NCBI GenBank assembly: GCA_902619815.1
Contig: CACNGH010000005.1
Coordinates: 15,640-79,639, forward strand
DNA: 64,000 bases
Direction: 5' to 3'
DNA from: an uncultured Pelagibacteraceae bacterium
GTDB lineage: Bacteria; Pseudomonadota; Alphaproteobacteria; Pelagibacterales; Pelagibacteraceae
The notes below the pieces were generated by a model. The model had not been told where the DNA came from and searched no databases. It was given only the letters and a program-made list of their open reading frames with translations. The position numbers were made by a program, and so were the translations under genes. Of the stretch, positions 9,010 to 19,151 are shown in pieces; position 1 is the stretch's first letter, and every line of letters begins with the position of its first letter.

Positions 9010-9471
9010 TTATTTTTTTAATTTAGAGGTAAATTGTAGATTTTGTGACGTAAAATTTGATTTATTATCTTTAATAAACTTATCCATAATTTCTAATTTT
9101 TCATTTTCAAATTCAGTTACTTTTCTTTTACTTAAATCAATATAAAGAGAAATCCATTCCATTGAGGCCGAAATTTCTTTTTTACCTTTTTTGATCATTT
9201 CCATTTTGACATGAAGTCTTTTAGTGTCATGATCAAAATAAGTCATTTGGATATCTACTTCTTCACCTAATCTTACTTCATTTAAATATTTAGTATTTGT
9301 TTCAACCACCATAGTTGTTCTATTTAAATTTTTAGCAGCGCTTTCTCCCATGTTAAATTTTTCAAGTGCAACTTCTAAAGCTTGATCAAATACAAGGACG
9401 TAGTATGCCATATTCATATGACTGTTGTAGTCTACCCATTCTTGCTTGACTTCAAAACTTTTTAATAACAT
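9010..9471 (-). CDS. Acyl-CoA thioesterase (4HBT-like hotdog fold)
   Basis: EWVDYNSHMNMAYY motif. Confidence 0.85.
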   Translation of the reverse strand: MLLKSFEVKQEWVDYNSHMNMAYYVLVFDQALEVALEKFNMGESAAKNLNRTTMVVETNTKYLNEVRLGEEVDIQMTYFDHDTKRLHVKMEMIKKGKKEISASMEWISLYIDLSKRKVTEFENEKLEIMDKFIKDNKSNFTSQNLQFTSKLKK

Positions 9472-9490
9472 TAAATATTAATAATTTTTA

Positions 9491-10357
9491 TTAAACTTCT
9501 TTTTTTTCATTTTTTGTAAATACAATTAAAATTACTCCAACTATAATTATTGCACCACCAATAAATAATTCTTGTGTTGGTTTTTCTCCTAATAGAAAAA
9601 TAGCTGCTAATAAACCAGTTGGTGGAATACCCATCGTTACAATTGGAAGTACTTTGTATAGAGGATTATTTTTTAAAACATAATAGAAACAGCCATATGT
9701 AATAGGTTGCATAATAAAACCAATATAAATTGCAATAATCCAATGTTCAAATTTTGCATTGCTTAAATAATTTATTGTATTGCCGTCTAACACTGCAGAA
9801 AAAACTATTAAAATAGGGGCTGAAAATAATGCTAACCACGCAACTAAAGCTAAAGGATTAATTTCTTTGCTCAATGGCTTAACTAAGACTTGACCGAGCG
9901 CCCAAGTCGCCGAACCTAGTATAGTAAGCCCAATACCAATAAACTTGCCTTCTAAATTAGGAGATCCTGTTAGTATATAAACGCCAACAAAAGCAATACT
10001 TATCCCAATCAAAGCTCTTAATGTTGGTTTTTCTTTTAACATAAAGTAAGCAAATATAACTCCAAACGGAACCTCTGTTTGAACAAGAAGAACTGCAGCA
10101 GAGGCATCAATTAAATTTAACCCAGAGTAAGTAATACTATATTGCAAAGTGTTTGCGATGAAGGATGCAATAAATATTTTTTTTAAATAACCTCTAGGTA
10201 TCGGAAACCACCAAATTAAAATAGAGGCAGCAAACATAAATCTTAATCCCATCAATAAAATAGGAGGAAAAGATTCAAATGCAGGTTTTGCAATAACGAA
10301 ACCAAAACCTAAAAATATAGGAACTAAAGATGCAACAAAGGTGTCTTTTATATTCAT
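9491..10357 (-). CDS. EamA/DMT family transporter
   Basis: About 10 TM helices, FPPILLMGLRF, repeated LKEKP/LGEKP. Confidence 0.88.
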   Translation of the reverse strand: MNIKDTFVASLVPIFLGFGFVIAKPAFESFPPILLMGLRFMFAASILIWWFPIPRGYLKKIFIASFIANTLQYSITYSGLNLIDASAAVLLVQTEVPFGVIFAYFMLKEKPTLRALIGISIAFVGVYILTGSPNLEGKFIGIGLTILGSATWALGQVLVKPLSKEINPLALVAWLALFSAPILIVFSAVLDGNTINYLSNAKFEHWIIAIYIGFIMQPITYGCFYYVLKNNPLYKVLPIVTMGIPPTGLLAAIFLLGEKPTQELFIGGAIIIVGVILIVFTKNEKKEV

Positions 10358-10417
10358 GTCGTTATTTTTAATATTAATGATTATTAAAGAACTTCTGATA
10401 TATTCACCTTTTAAAAT

Positions 10418-11164
10418 ATGAATTCAACAAAAATAGATCCTAAATATATCAGCAAATCAAATCCGAGAGTTGGGCTAATTGCACTTGCGAGCGATTTAAT
10501 GATTGAAAAGGATTTTATAAATGTAATTAAAGATAAAGATATAGATTTTTTTGTAAATCGAATTGAGTGTTATAATCCTCTAACAAAAGAAAACTTAATT
10601 AAAATGTCAGAAAAAGTAACAGAAGTTACAAAAGATATTTTACCAGATCAAGATTTAGATTGTGTAGTATATGGCTGTACCTCAGGAACTATTGCTGTTG
10701 GACATGCATCAATTGAAAAAAAAGTAAAGGCAGCAAAACCTAAAGCAGATGTGACCACACCAAGCACAGCTGCAATTACAGCACTTAAAAAAATGAATAT
10801 TAATAAAATTTGCCTATTTACTCCTTATAGCAAAAAACTAAATGATGAAGTTTTAGAGTATTTTAAAAGTGAGGGTTTCGATATTACATCGAATGCTTAT
10901 TTTGATATCGAGTCTGATCTTGATATTGGTAAAGTTGATCAAAATTATTTGTATGAAGTATTATCTAACATCGATTTAAATAATGCAGATGCTCTGTTTG
11001 TTTCATGTACAGCTCTTCCAGTTTTACCCATCATAGATAAATTAGAAAAGAAATTAAATACTATAGTTTTATCAAGCAACCAGGCATTGATTTGGGATAC
11101 CCTTGTTAAAATTAATAAAAATAATTCAGTAGAAGGATTTGGCAAATTATTCCAAATAAATTGA
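10418..11164 (+). CDS. eutA: Ectoine utilisation protein EutA-like (Asp/Glu racemase / maleate isomerase family)
   Basis: Two catalytic Cys in YGCTSG and FVSCTAL; FTPY, SSNQA; coupled to EutD-like gene. Confidence 0.7.
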   Translation: MNSTKIDPKYISKSNPRVGLIALASDLMIEKDFINVIKDKDIDFFVNRIECYNPLTKENLIKMSEKVTEVTKDILPDQDLDCVVYGCTSGTIAVGHASIEKKVKAAKPKADVTTPSTAAITALKKMNINKICLFTPYSKKLNDEVLEYFKSEGFDITSNAYFDIESDLDIGKVDQNYLYEVLSNIDLNNADALFVSCTALPVLPIIDKLEKKLNTIVLSSNQALIWDTLVKINKNNSVEGFGKLFQIN

Positions 11165-12333
11165 TGCTTTTTACAAAAGAAGAGTACAAACAAAGATTAA
11201 ATAAAGTTCAACGTATGATGCAAGAAAAAGGCATAGAACTTTTAATTTCTCATGATACCAATAACTTAAACTATTTAACAGGTTATGATGCCTGGTCATT
11301 TTATTATGCTCAGTGTGCGATTGTGCACGTCAATGCTGAGGAGCCCCTGTGTTTTGTCAGAGCTCAAGATGCAGGAGGTGCTTATTTAAAAACTTACTTA
11401 AAAAATGAAAATATTCTAGTTTATGATGAGTCTTATATTCATACGTGGCCAAAACATCCTTATGATTACTTGGTAAATATACTTAAAGACAGAAAGTGGG
11501 ATAAATTATCAATTGGTTTAGAGATGGATGCACATTATTTTACAGCATTTTGTTATGAAAAAATTAAATCTGGATTGCCTAATGCTAAACTTAAAGATAG
11601 CGATCGCCTAGTTAATTGGGCAAGATTGGTTAAGTCAGATCCTGAAATAACCTATATGAAAGCTGCTGCTAAAATTTCTGAAAGAGGAATGAAAACTGCC
11701 ATGGAAGTTATTAATCCAGGTGTAAGGCAATGTGATGCTGTTGGGGAAATTCAAAAATCATTATTTTATGGTACAGAAGAATTTGGAGGTGAATACGCAA
11801 GTATTGCAACATTGGTACCAACAGGGAAAGGAACCTCAGCATCTCATTTGACTGCTACCCAAGATAAATTTGCAGAAGGTGAAGCAACAATTGTTGAATT
11901 ATCAGGAACTTATAAGAGATATCATGCTCCAATAGCTCGAACAGTTTTATTAGGCAAACCTGATCAAAAAAAAATTGATACCATGAAGAAAACAATTGAA
12001 GCTCTGAATTCAGGTATTAGCGCGATCAAACCAGGTAATACAGCCGATGATGTAGCTCAAGCATTTTGGAAAATTTTAGATAAATATGGAATAGAAAAAA
12101 AATCTAGAACAGGATATTCGATTGGAATTGGTTATCCTCCAGATTGGGGAGAACACACTTTAAATATTTATAAAGGTGATATGACTGTGCTTAAACCAAA
12201 TGTCTGTTTTCATATGATCGCAGTAATGCAATTTGGTGATTGGGGGGTTGAAGCTTCTGAAGCGATTAGAGTTACTGAGAATGGCTCTGAATTATTCTGT
12301 GATTTTCCAAAAGAACTCCATATTAAGAGCTAA
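11164..12333 (+). CDS. eutD: Ectoine hydrolase EutD/DoeA (M24 peptidase fold)
   Basis: YLTGYDAWSFYYAQ, LVNWARLVKS, SASHLT, RTGYSIGIGYPPDWGEHT; ATG overlaps eutA stop (TGATG). Confidence 0.85.
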   Translation: MLFTKEEYKQRLNKVQRMMQEKGIELLISHDTNNLNYLTGYDAWSFYYAQCAIVHVNAEEPLCFVRAQDAGGAYLKTYLKNENILVYDESYIHTWPKHPYDYLVNILKDRKWDKLSIGLEMDAHYFTAFCYEKIKSGLPNAKLKDSDRLVNWARLVKSDPEITYMKAAAKISERGMKTAMEVINPGVRQCDAVGEIQKSLFYGTEEFGGEYASIATLVPTGKGTSASHLTATQDKFAEGEATIVELSGTYKRYHAPIARTVLLGKPDQKKIDTMKKTIEALNSGISAIKPGNTADDVAQAFWKILDKYGIEKKSRTGYSIGIGYPPDWGEHTLNIYKGDMTVLKPNVCFHMIAVMQFGDWGVEASEAIRVTENGSELFCDFPKELHIKS

Positions 12334-12378
12334 TTAGCTATTGAATTCTATTTCTACAAATGTTTTATATTCACCTTT

Positions 12379-13464
12379 ATGTCTAATAATCCAGAATTCG
12401 TTAAATTTGATAAAGTTGACAAAAGCTATGATGGTAAAGTTCTAGTTGTAAAAGATCTTCAGTTAGATATTGCGGAAGGTGAGTTCATTACTATGCTTGG
12501 TCCCTCTGGATCCGGCAAAACAACTTGTCTGATGATGCTTGCTGGCTTTGAAACTCCAACAAACGGAGAGATCTTGTTAGATGGAAATATAATTTCTAAT
12601 ATTCCACCTCACAAAAGAGGAATAGGAATGGTTTTTCAAAATTATGCACTTTTTCCTCATATGACTGTTTATGAAAATCTAGCTTTCCCTTTAAGAGTTA
12701 GAAAAATGGAAAAAGATGAAATTGATAAGAAAGTTGACAAAGCTTTATCAATGGTTTCACTAAATGGGTTTGAAACAAGAATGCCAGGACAACTTTCAGG
12801 AGGACAACAACAAAGGGTAGCTGTAGCTAGAGCTTTAGTTTTTGATCCTGCAGTGGTTTTGATGGACGAACCTTTAGGTGCGTTGGATAAAAATTTAAGA
12901 GAGAGTATGCAATATGAAATTAAACATATTCATGAAAGCATTGGAGTAACTGTAGTTTACGTTACTCATGATCAAAGTGAAGCTCTTACAATGTCGAATA
13001 GAATTGCAGTGTTTAATGATGGAAAAGTTCAACAGCTATCAAATCCTTCAGAGCTTTATGAAAAACCAGTAAATTCATTTGTCGCAGAGTTTATTGGTGA
13101 AAATAATACCTTTAATGGTGAGGTATCAGATATTTCAGGAGATGAATGTAAAGTTAAGCTGTCTAACGCAGAAATTATAGCTAGTGCTATTTCAGTAAAA
13201 TCTAAAGGTGAAAAAACAACAGTATCTTTGAGACCTGAGAGAGCTTTAATCGAACCAAGTGAAAAAATGGACAATATGTTTAGTGGCAAGATAGAAGAGG
13301 TAATTTATCATGGTGATCATACTAGAGTTCGAATTAATTTATTAGGAAACCCAGAATTTATTTTAAAGGTCCCAAACAGCACTTCCAATCTAGAACTTAA
13401 GGTCAAACAAGATATTAAAATCGGTTGGAATAGTTCTGATGCAAGAGCTTTAGACCCAAAATAA
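12379..13464 (+). CDS. potA: PotA-like ABC transporter ATP-binding protein
   Basis: GPSGSGKT, VFQNYALFPHM, LSGGQQQR, DEPLGALD, TOBE-like C-terminus. Confidence 0.88.
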   Translation: MSNNPEFVKFDKVDKSYDGKVLVVKDLQLDIAEGEFITMLGPSGSGKTTCLMMLAGFETPTNGEILLDGNIISNIPPHKRGIGMVFQNYALFPHMTVYENLAFPLRVRKMEKDEIDKKVDKALSMVSLNGFETRMPGQLSGGQQQRVAVARALVFDPAVVLMDEPLGALDKNLRESMQYEIKHIHESIGVTVVYVTHDQSEALTMSNRIAVFNDGKVQQLSNPSELYEKPVNSFVAEFIGENNTFNGEVSDISGDECKVKLSNAEIIASAISVKSKGEKTTVSLRPERALIEPSEKMDNMFSGKIEEVIYHGDHTRVRINLLGNPEFILKVPNSTSNLELKVKQDIKIGWNSSDARALDPK

Positions 13465-13511
13465 ACAATCCATACATTAAAGTATAACACTTATAAGAAC
13501 ATTATAAGCTG

Positions 13512-13540
13512 TTGACTCTTAATAGTCATTTTGGTGTAAT
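13512..13540 (+). promoter_or_regulatory. Internal sigma70 promoter for the PotD-like gene with overlapping inverted repeat
   Basis: TTGACT (13512-17) - 17 nt - TGTAAT (13535-40); TGACT-N6-AGTCA at 13513-13528. Confidence 0.55.
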
Positions 13541-13586
13541 TTACTTATATAAATTAATTTATATTAAACGTTTAAACGGAGGAATA

Positions 13587-14705
13587 ATGAGAAAAATAAG
13601 TAAATTGATACTTGCTCTTTCTTTTGTTGTATCTGTAACCTCTTCAGCCTTTGCTGTTACTGTAGCATCATGGGGTGGAGCTTATACAGACTCTCAAAAA
13701 CAAGGGTATGGTGATCCAACAGCAGCAGCTCTAGGTGTAGATATCAACTGGGTTGACTATTCTGGTGGACTATCAGAAATAAAAGCTCAAAAAGAAGCGG
13801 GTGCTATAACTTGGGATATTATCGATGTATTTGCATTTGATACTATCAATGGTTGTGACGAAGGTTTGTTTGTTAAATTTGATTTTGACAAAGACTTTCC
13901 AGCAGCTCCAGATGGAACACCAGCTAGTGAAGACTTTTTTGCTCCAATGCCAAGTGAATGTGCAGTAGGAAATATTCTGTACTCTTGGAATTATGCTTTT
14001 GACACAAGAGCATTTGATGGAAAAGAGCCTAAAACTATTAAAGACTTTTTTAACACTAAAAAATTTCCAGGTAAAAGAGCGATCTACAAAAGTGCTCTTA
14101 CAAATCTAGAAATCGCTTTAGCTGCTGACGGTGTAAATATGGGTAAAGGTGGAGAATTACTTTACAGAAAACTTGAAGAAGAAGGCGGTGTTGACAGAGC
14201 TATGAATAAAATTAAAGAACTTTGTACAGATCCAAATGGTGGATGTGTATTCTGGTCTGCAGGTGCTCAACCACCAGAATTATTAGTTGCTGGTGAAGTT
14301 GTAATGGCAACTGGTTGGAACGGAAGATTCTTTAACGCTGAAGTAGGTGAAGGCGCTCCAATTAAGCAAGTATGGCATGGTCAAGGTCTTGACTATGAGT
14401 ATTTTGCATTAGTTAAGGGTGGACCAGATGAAGCAAATGCTAAAAAAGCTTTAGCTATGATGACTAACACTGAGATGTTAGCTGGTAGTGCGAAGTACAT
14501 TGCATATGCTCCTTACAGATTATCATCTTTAGATATTATCAAAGCTAATGAGCCTTGGTACAAAGACGGTAAAACTGAAATGATGCCACAAATGCCTACA
14601 TCTCCTCAAAACACTAAGAAATATTTCTTAGTTGATCCTTTCTACTGGGCTGATAACGGAACAGAGATTGGTGAAAAATGGGAAGCAATGAAAGCAGGCC
14701 TATAA
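13587..14705 (+). CDS. potD: PotD/PotF-family substrate-binding protein (ligand uncertain)
   Basis: GGAGG SD before ATG 13587, signal peptide, SWGGAY, KKFPGKR, GWNGR. Confidence 0.8.
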   Translation: MRKISKLILALSFVVSVTSSAFAVTVASWGGAYTDSQKQGYGDPTAAALGVDINWVDYSGGLSEIKAQKEAGAITWDIIDVFAFDTINGCDEGLFVKFDFDKDFPAAPDGTPASEDFFAPMPSECAVGNILYSWNYAFDTRAFDGKEPKTIKDFFNTKKFPGKRAIYKSALTNLEIALAADGVNMGKGGELLYRKLEEEGGVDRAMNKIKELCTDPNGGCVFWSAGAQPPELLVAGEVVMATGWNGRFFNAEVGEGAPIKQVWHGQGLDYEYFALVKGGPDEANAKKALAMMTNTEMLAGSAKYIAYAPYRLSSLDIIKANEPWYKDGKTEMMPQMPTSPQNTKKYFLVDPFYWADNGTEIGEKWEAMKAGL

Positions 14706-14741
14706 TTTCAGTTTTAAACACTGAATTAATATAATATATTT

Positions 14742-14772
14742 AGGGCGGTTATTTACTAACCGCCCTTTTTTT
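14742..14772 (+). terminator. Intrinsic terminator / mRNA-stabilising hairpin after PotD-like gene
   Basis: AGGGCGGTTA-TTTAC-TAACCGCCCT perfect 10-bp stem plus T-tract. Confidence 0.85.
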
Positions 14773-16035
14773 ATGAGCTCAGAAACAAAACAAATTTTAA
14801 CTACTGACGGAATTCCACTTGAAGTCAGTCTAAAAAAGGCAGAAAAGAAGAATAAAATTAAAGCTTTTCTTCTAGTTGCTCCATTACTGTTATTTTTATT
14901 TATCACTTATGTTTTTCCAATCGGAGAAATGTTTACTAGAAGTGTAGATGATAGAATGGTTACTAACATGCTCCCTAAAACCTTTAAAGCAATGGAAAAA
15001 TGGGATGGAAAAGAATTACCTCCAGAGGAAGTCTTTGTAGGCTTTTACTCAGATTTCAAAGTTTTGGTGGAAAACCAAACTCAAGGGAAACTTGGCCAAA
15101 GATTAAATAAAGAAAAGAATGGTTTCAACTCCATTACCAAGAAATTAATGAGACAAATCAAAAGAAATAAAATTGATGAACGCCAAAGCATAAAAGAGCA
15201 AATTATGAAAGTCCATAAAAGATGGAGAGATGTCGAATATTGGCAAGCAATCAAACGAACTGCTCCTCCTTACACTATGGCAAAATATTTAAAAGGTATG
15301 GATATGTACTTTGCAGCGGATGGAAGTATTGCCCAGGTCGATGAAGACAGAAGAATTCATAGAATACTTTGGTTAAGAACCTTAGAAATAGCATTGTTTG
15401 TAACAATTTTCTGTTTTTTAATGGGTTATCCAATAGCTCACTTACTTGCAACATTGCCAATGAAATATAGCAATCTTTTAATGATATGTGTCCTATTACC
15501 TTTTTGGACCTCTCTACTAGTAAGAACTGCCAGTTGGATGATTTTACTGCAGCAACAAGGAATCGTGAACGATTTCTTTGTACTTATTGGTCTTGTCGCA
15601 GATAACAATAGACCAGAGATGATGTACAACAAAGTTGGAACCTATGTGGCAATGACACAAATATTATTACCTTTCATGGTACTACCACTCTATAGTGTTA
15701 TGAAAACAATATCTCCAAGTTTAATGAGAGCAGGGAAATCATTAGGTGGAACCCCATTTGTTGCTTTTTGGAAAGTTTATTTTCCATTAACTATTCCAGG
15801 CATTGGTGCAGGTTGCTTGTTAGTGTTTATTTTAGCAATTGGGTATTACATTACACCGGCATTAGTTGGAGGAGCCTCAGGTACTTTAATTAGTAATCAA
15901 ATTGCTTATCACATGAAATCAACATTAGATTGGAGTTTTGCATCAGCGATGGGTTTAATGCTGTTGTCAGGAGTATTGGTTATTTATTGGATTTATAACA
16001 AATTAGTTGGAGTAGATAATATTAAATTAGGATAA
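14773..16035 (+). CDS. potB: PotB-like ABC permease with large extracytoplasmic insertion
   Basis: LLPFWTSLLVR, LPFMVLPLY, AGKSLG EAA-like loop, YYITPALVGG. Confidence 0.88.
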   Translation: MSSETKQILTTDGIPLEVSLKKAEKKNKIKAFLLVAPLLLFLFITYVFPIGEMFTRSVDDRMVTNMLPKTFKAMEKWDGKELPPEEVFVGFYSDFKVLVENQTQGKLGQRLNKEKNGFNSITKKLMRQIKRNKIDERQSIKEQIMKVHKRWRDVEYWQAIKRTAPPYTMAKYLKGMDMYFAADGSIAQVDEDRRIHRILWLRTLEIALFVTIFCFLMGYPIAHLLATLPMKYSNLLMICVLLPFWTSLLVRTASWMILLQQQGIVNDFFVLIGLVADNNRPEMMYNKVGTYVAMTQILLPFMVLPLYSVMKTISPSLMRAGKSLGGTPFVAFWKVYFPLTIPGIGAGCLLVFILAIGYYITPALVGGASGTLISNQIAYHMKSTLDWSFASAMGLMLLSGVLVIYWIYNKLVGVDNIKLG

Positions 16036-16037
16036 TT

Positions 16038-16892
16038 ATGGCTTTACCAAGTTATACAGAAACACGTTATAGAATTTGGCATTATTTTTATGTTGCTATT
16101 TGTACGTTTGTATTTTTCTTTTTAATTGCACCTTTATTTGTAATTTTTCCTTTATCATTTAATGCAGAAGAGTTTTTAGTATTTTCAGAAGGAATGAAAA
16201 GACTTGATCCAGAAGCTTTCTCTTTTAGATGGTATCATGAAATGGTTTATGGAACTAAAAATCCATGGGGATTAGCTGCAAAAAATAGTTTTATAATTGC
16301 AATATTTGCAACGATTGGATCAATCATATTAGGAACACTTGCGGCCTTAGGACTTAGCAGTAGACATATGCCTTATAAAGGTTTGATTATGGCAGTTTTA
16401 ATTTCTCCCATGATTGTCCCATTAATTATATCTGGTGTAGCTATTTTCTTTTTTATGGCAAAAGTTGGTTTAGCGGCAACACATACAGGAATAGTTTTGG
16501 CTCATATTATATTAGGTACTCCTTTTGTAGTCATAACAGTTACCGCGACACTTTCAGGCTTTGATCATAGTGTTACTCGAGCAGCTTCAAGCTTAGGCAG
16601 TAATCCTGTTAACACATTTATGAAAATAACATTACCTTTAATACTTCCAGGAGTTATTTCAGGAGGATTGTTTGCATTTGTTACTTCATTTGATGAAGTG
16701 GTTGTTGTATTATTTTTAGCAGGATTAGAAAATACTACTATTCCAGTTCAAATGTGGACAGGTTTAAGAGAACAGTTGAGTCCAACTATTCTTGCCGTTG
16801 CAACATGCTTAATTATTTTATCTACTTTAATTTTAGTCACAGCAGAACTACTAAGAAGAAGATCTGAGAGATTAAGAGGAATAAATAGATAA
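16038..16892 (+). CDS. potC: PotC-like ABC permease
   Basis: SPMIVP, AASSLG, FVTSFDEVVV. Confidence 0.88.
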   Translation: MALPSYTETRYRIWHYFYVAICTFVFFFLIAPLFVIFPLSFNAEEFLVFSEGMKRLDPEAFSFRWYHEMVYGTKNPWGLAAKNSFIIAIFATIGSIILGTLAALGLSSRHMPYKGLIMAVLISPMIVPLIISGVAIFFFMAKVGLAATHTGIVLAHIILGTPFVVITVTATLSGFDHSVTRAASSLGSNPVNTFMKITLPLILPGVISGGLFAFVTSFDEVVVVLFLAGLENTTIPVQMWTGLREQLSPTILAVATCLIILSTLILVTAELLRRRSERLRGINR

Positions 16893-16928
16893 TTTACCTA
16901 AATATACTTTTCATATATAGAACTTAAG

Positions 16929-19151
16929 GTGGAAATTAAAAAAGTAGTTATTATTGGATCGGGCACTATGGGTAGTGGTATTGCTGCACATTTATGTAAC
17001 GCTAATGTACCAGTAACATTGTTAGATTTAACCACTGAAATCAGCACAAATGCGAGAGATAGAATTTTTAAATCAAGACCACCATTATTAATTGATAAAT
17101 CTAAAATTAATAACATCAAAGTAGGAAACATTTTGGATGATTTTGATATTGTTAAAGAGGCTGATTGGATAGTAGAAGCGGTTGTTGAGAGAATAGATAT
17201 TAAGCATCAAATATACGATAAAATATTTAAATTCAGAAAAGAGGGAGCTATTGTCTCCTCAAATACATCCTCAATTCCAATTAAAGTACTTTCACAAAAT
17301 CTAACCAACGAACAAAAAAAAGACTTTTGTATTACACACTTCTTTAATCCTGTTCGATACATGGGCTTGTTAGAAATCGTTAAAAATGAAAATAATGATT
17401 TAGAAAAAATAAATTCACTTCAAAAATTTTGTGAGATTGAACTTGGCAAAGGAGCAATAGTTTGTAACGATACTCCAGGTTTTTTAGGAAATAGGGTTGG
17501 TGTGTATGCTATGCAAATAGCAATGACCGAGGCCTTCAAAATGAAATTGACTGTTGAAGAAGCTGACGCAATTTTTGGAAGACCAATGGGAATTCCTAAA
17601 ACAGGAGTTTTTGGACTTTATGATTTAATTGGCATTGATTTAATGGCCGATGTACTAAAAAGTTTTATAAAAGAATTACCTAAAACTGATAAATTTCATG
17701 AGGTTGCACAAGAAATACCTCTAATTAAAAAACTAATTGAAACTGGTTATACTGGTCGAAAAGGTAAAGGTGGCTTTTTTAGAATAAATAAAGATGGGGG
17801 TGCAAAAATTTTAGAGGCACTAAATCTAGAAACAGGAGAGTATTCACCTAGCAAAAAAATTGATATTAAATCCGAAAAAGTTGATCTTAAAAAATTAATT
17901 AATCGAGATGACAAGTATGGAAAATATGCGTGGTCAGTAATTTCAAAAATAATAAAATATTCATCATCGTTGGTAACCGAAATTACAGATGAGTTTAACG
18001 ATATTGATGAAGCAATGAGACTTGGTTTTAATTGGTCTAAAGGACCTTTTGAGATGTTGGAAGAAATTGGAGTAGAAAACTTTTTTAGGAAAATAGATAA
18101 TTATGATGGAAATAAATTTTTAGAAAATCTTGCAAAATCAAAAAATGAAAATTTTTATGGAGAGAGACAAAAATATACAAAAATTGAAACTTTAGGAAAA
18201 GTTAAGAGAAAGGCCCAAAGTATAGATGGAAATAGCTCTGCACAAATTTATCAATTTAAAGACTACAATATTGTTGAGTTTACCACAAAAGCAAACGCCC
18301 TAGATTATGACTCTATGGATGCTCTAAAAAAAGCAACTGATAAACCTCTGATTATTATTAATGAAAGTATGCAATTTTCTGCAGGAGTAAATTTAAGTTA
18401 TACGATGGATTTTGCAAATAAAGGAGATTTTAAATCTATTGAAAAATTTATTAAATATTTTCAAGAAACGTGTAAAGAGCTTAAGTATTCAAAATATCCA
18501 GTAATATCTGCACCTTCAGGTTTAACTTTAGGAGGTGGCTTTGAAGTTCTTGTGCAAAGTAATTTTGTTGCATCGCACACAAATATTGTAATTGGTTTAG
18601 TTGAGACAATAGTAGGATTGATACCAGCTGGTGGTGGTTGCAAAGAAATGTTAGCAAGATGGCAGAATACCGAAGAAAGTAAAAAAGATCCTCATTTTGC
18701 TCCATTAAAAGTTTTTGACATTATTGGTTATGGTAAGACAGCAACTTCACCGGTAGAGGCAGAACCTTTAAAATACCTTAAGCCGGAAGACAAAAAAATA
18801 ATGAATAGAAATAGTTTGCTTGAAGCATCAAAACAAATCTTAGATGAAAACCGAGATTTTAACTCGCCATCCGAATTAGTATTCAATTTGCCAGGTGAGA
18901 GTGTTAGGGGCGAAATGTACAAAGTTTTAGATAAACTTTATAATGATAAAGTTATACAAGATCACGGTATGGAAGTTGCTAAGGAATTAGCATATGTACT
19001 AAGTGGTGGAGATACATCAATAGACAAACAACTTTCAGAAGATGATTTGTTTAAATTAGAGCTAGATGCTTTTATGAAGCTTATTGAAACTCCTAAAACT
19101 CAGGAAAGAATAAAGCATACCCTTGCAACTGGAAAGCCTTTAGTTAATTAA
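16929..19151 (+). CDS. 3-hydroxyacyl-CoA dehydrogenase / enoyl-CoA hydratase (FadN-like)
   Basis: GSGTMGSG, EAVVE, SSNTSS, HFFNP; crotonase motifs FSAGVNL, LGGGFE, GLIPAGGG. Confidence 0.9.
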   Translation: MEIKKVVIIGSGTMGSGIAAHLCNANVPVTLLDLTTEISTNARDRIFKSRPPLLIDKSKINNIKVGNILDDFDIVKEADWIVEAVVERIDIKHQIYDKIFKFRKEGAIVSSNTSSIPIKVLSQNLTNEQKKDFCITHFFNPVRYMGLLEIVKNENNDLEKINSLQKFCEIELGKGAIVCNDTPGFLGNRVGVYAMQIAMTEAFKMKLTVEEADAIFGRPMGIPKTGVFGLYDLIGIDLMADVLKSFIKELPKTDKFHEVAQEIPLIKKLIETGYTGRKGKGGFFRINKDGGAKILEALNLETGEYSPSKKIDIKSEKVDLKKLINRDDKYGKYAWSVISKIIKYSSSLVTEITDEFNDIDEAMRLGFNWSKGPFEMLEEIGVENFFRKIDNYDGNKFLENLAKSKNENFYGERQKYTKIETLGKVKRKAQSIDGNSSAQIYQFKDYNIVEFTTKANALDYDSMDALKKATDKPLIIINESMQFSAGVNLSYTMDFANKGDFKSIEKFIKYFQETCKELKYSKYPVISAPSGLTLGGGFEVLVQSNFVASHTNIVIGLVETIVGLIPAGGGCKEMLARWQNTEESKKDPHFAPLKVFDIIGYGKTATSPVEAEPLKYLKPEDKKIMNRNSLLEASKQILDENRDFNSPSELVFNLPGESVRGEMYKVLDKLYNDKVIQDHGMEVAKELAYVLSGGDTSIDKQLSEDDLFKLELDAFMKLIETPKTQERIKHTLATGKPLVN

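Noticed and set aside
13512-13586. ORF-track TTG start for the PotD-like gene
   Set aside because: The TTG is the -35 box; SD and signal peptide support ATG 13587
16929-19151. FadN-like gene without neighbouring thiolase or acyl-CoA dehydrogenase
   Set aside because: Dispersed beta-oxidation genes are common; partners may lie outside the window
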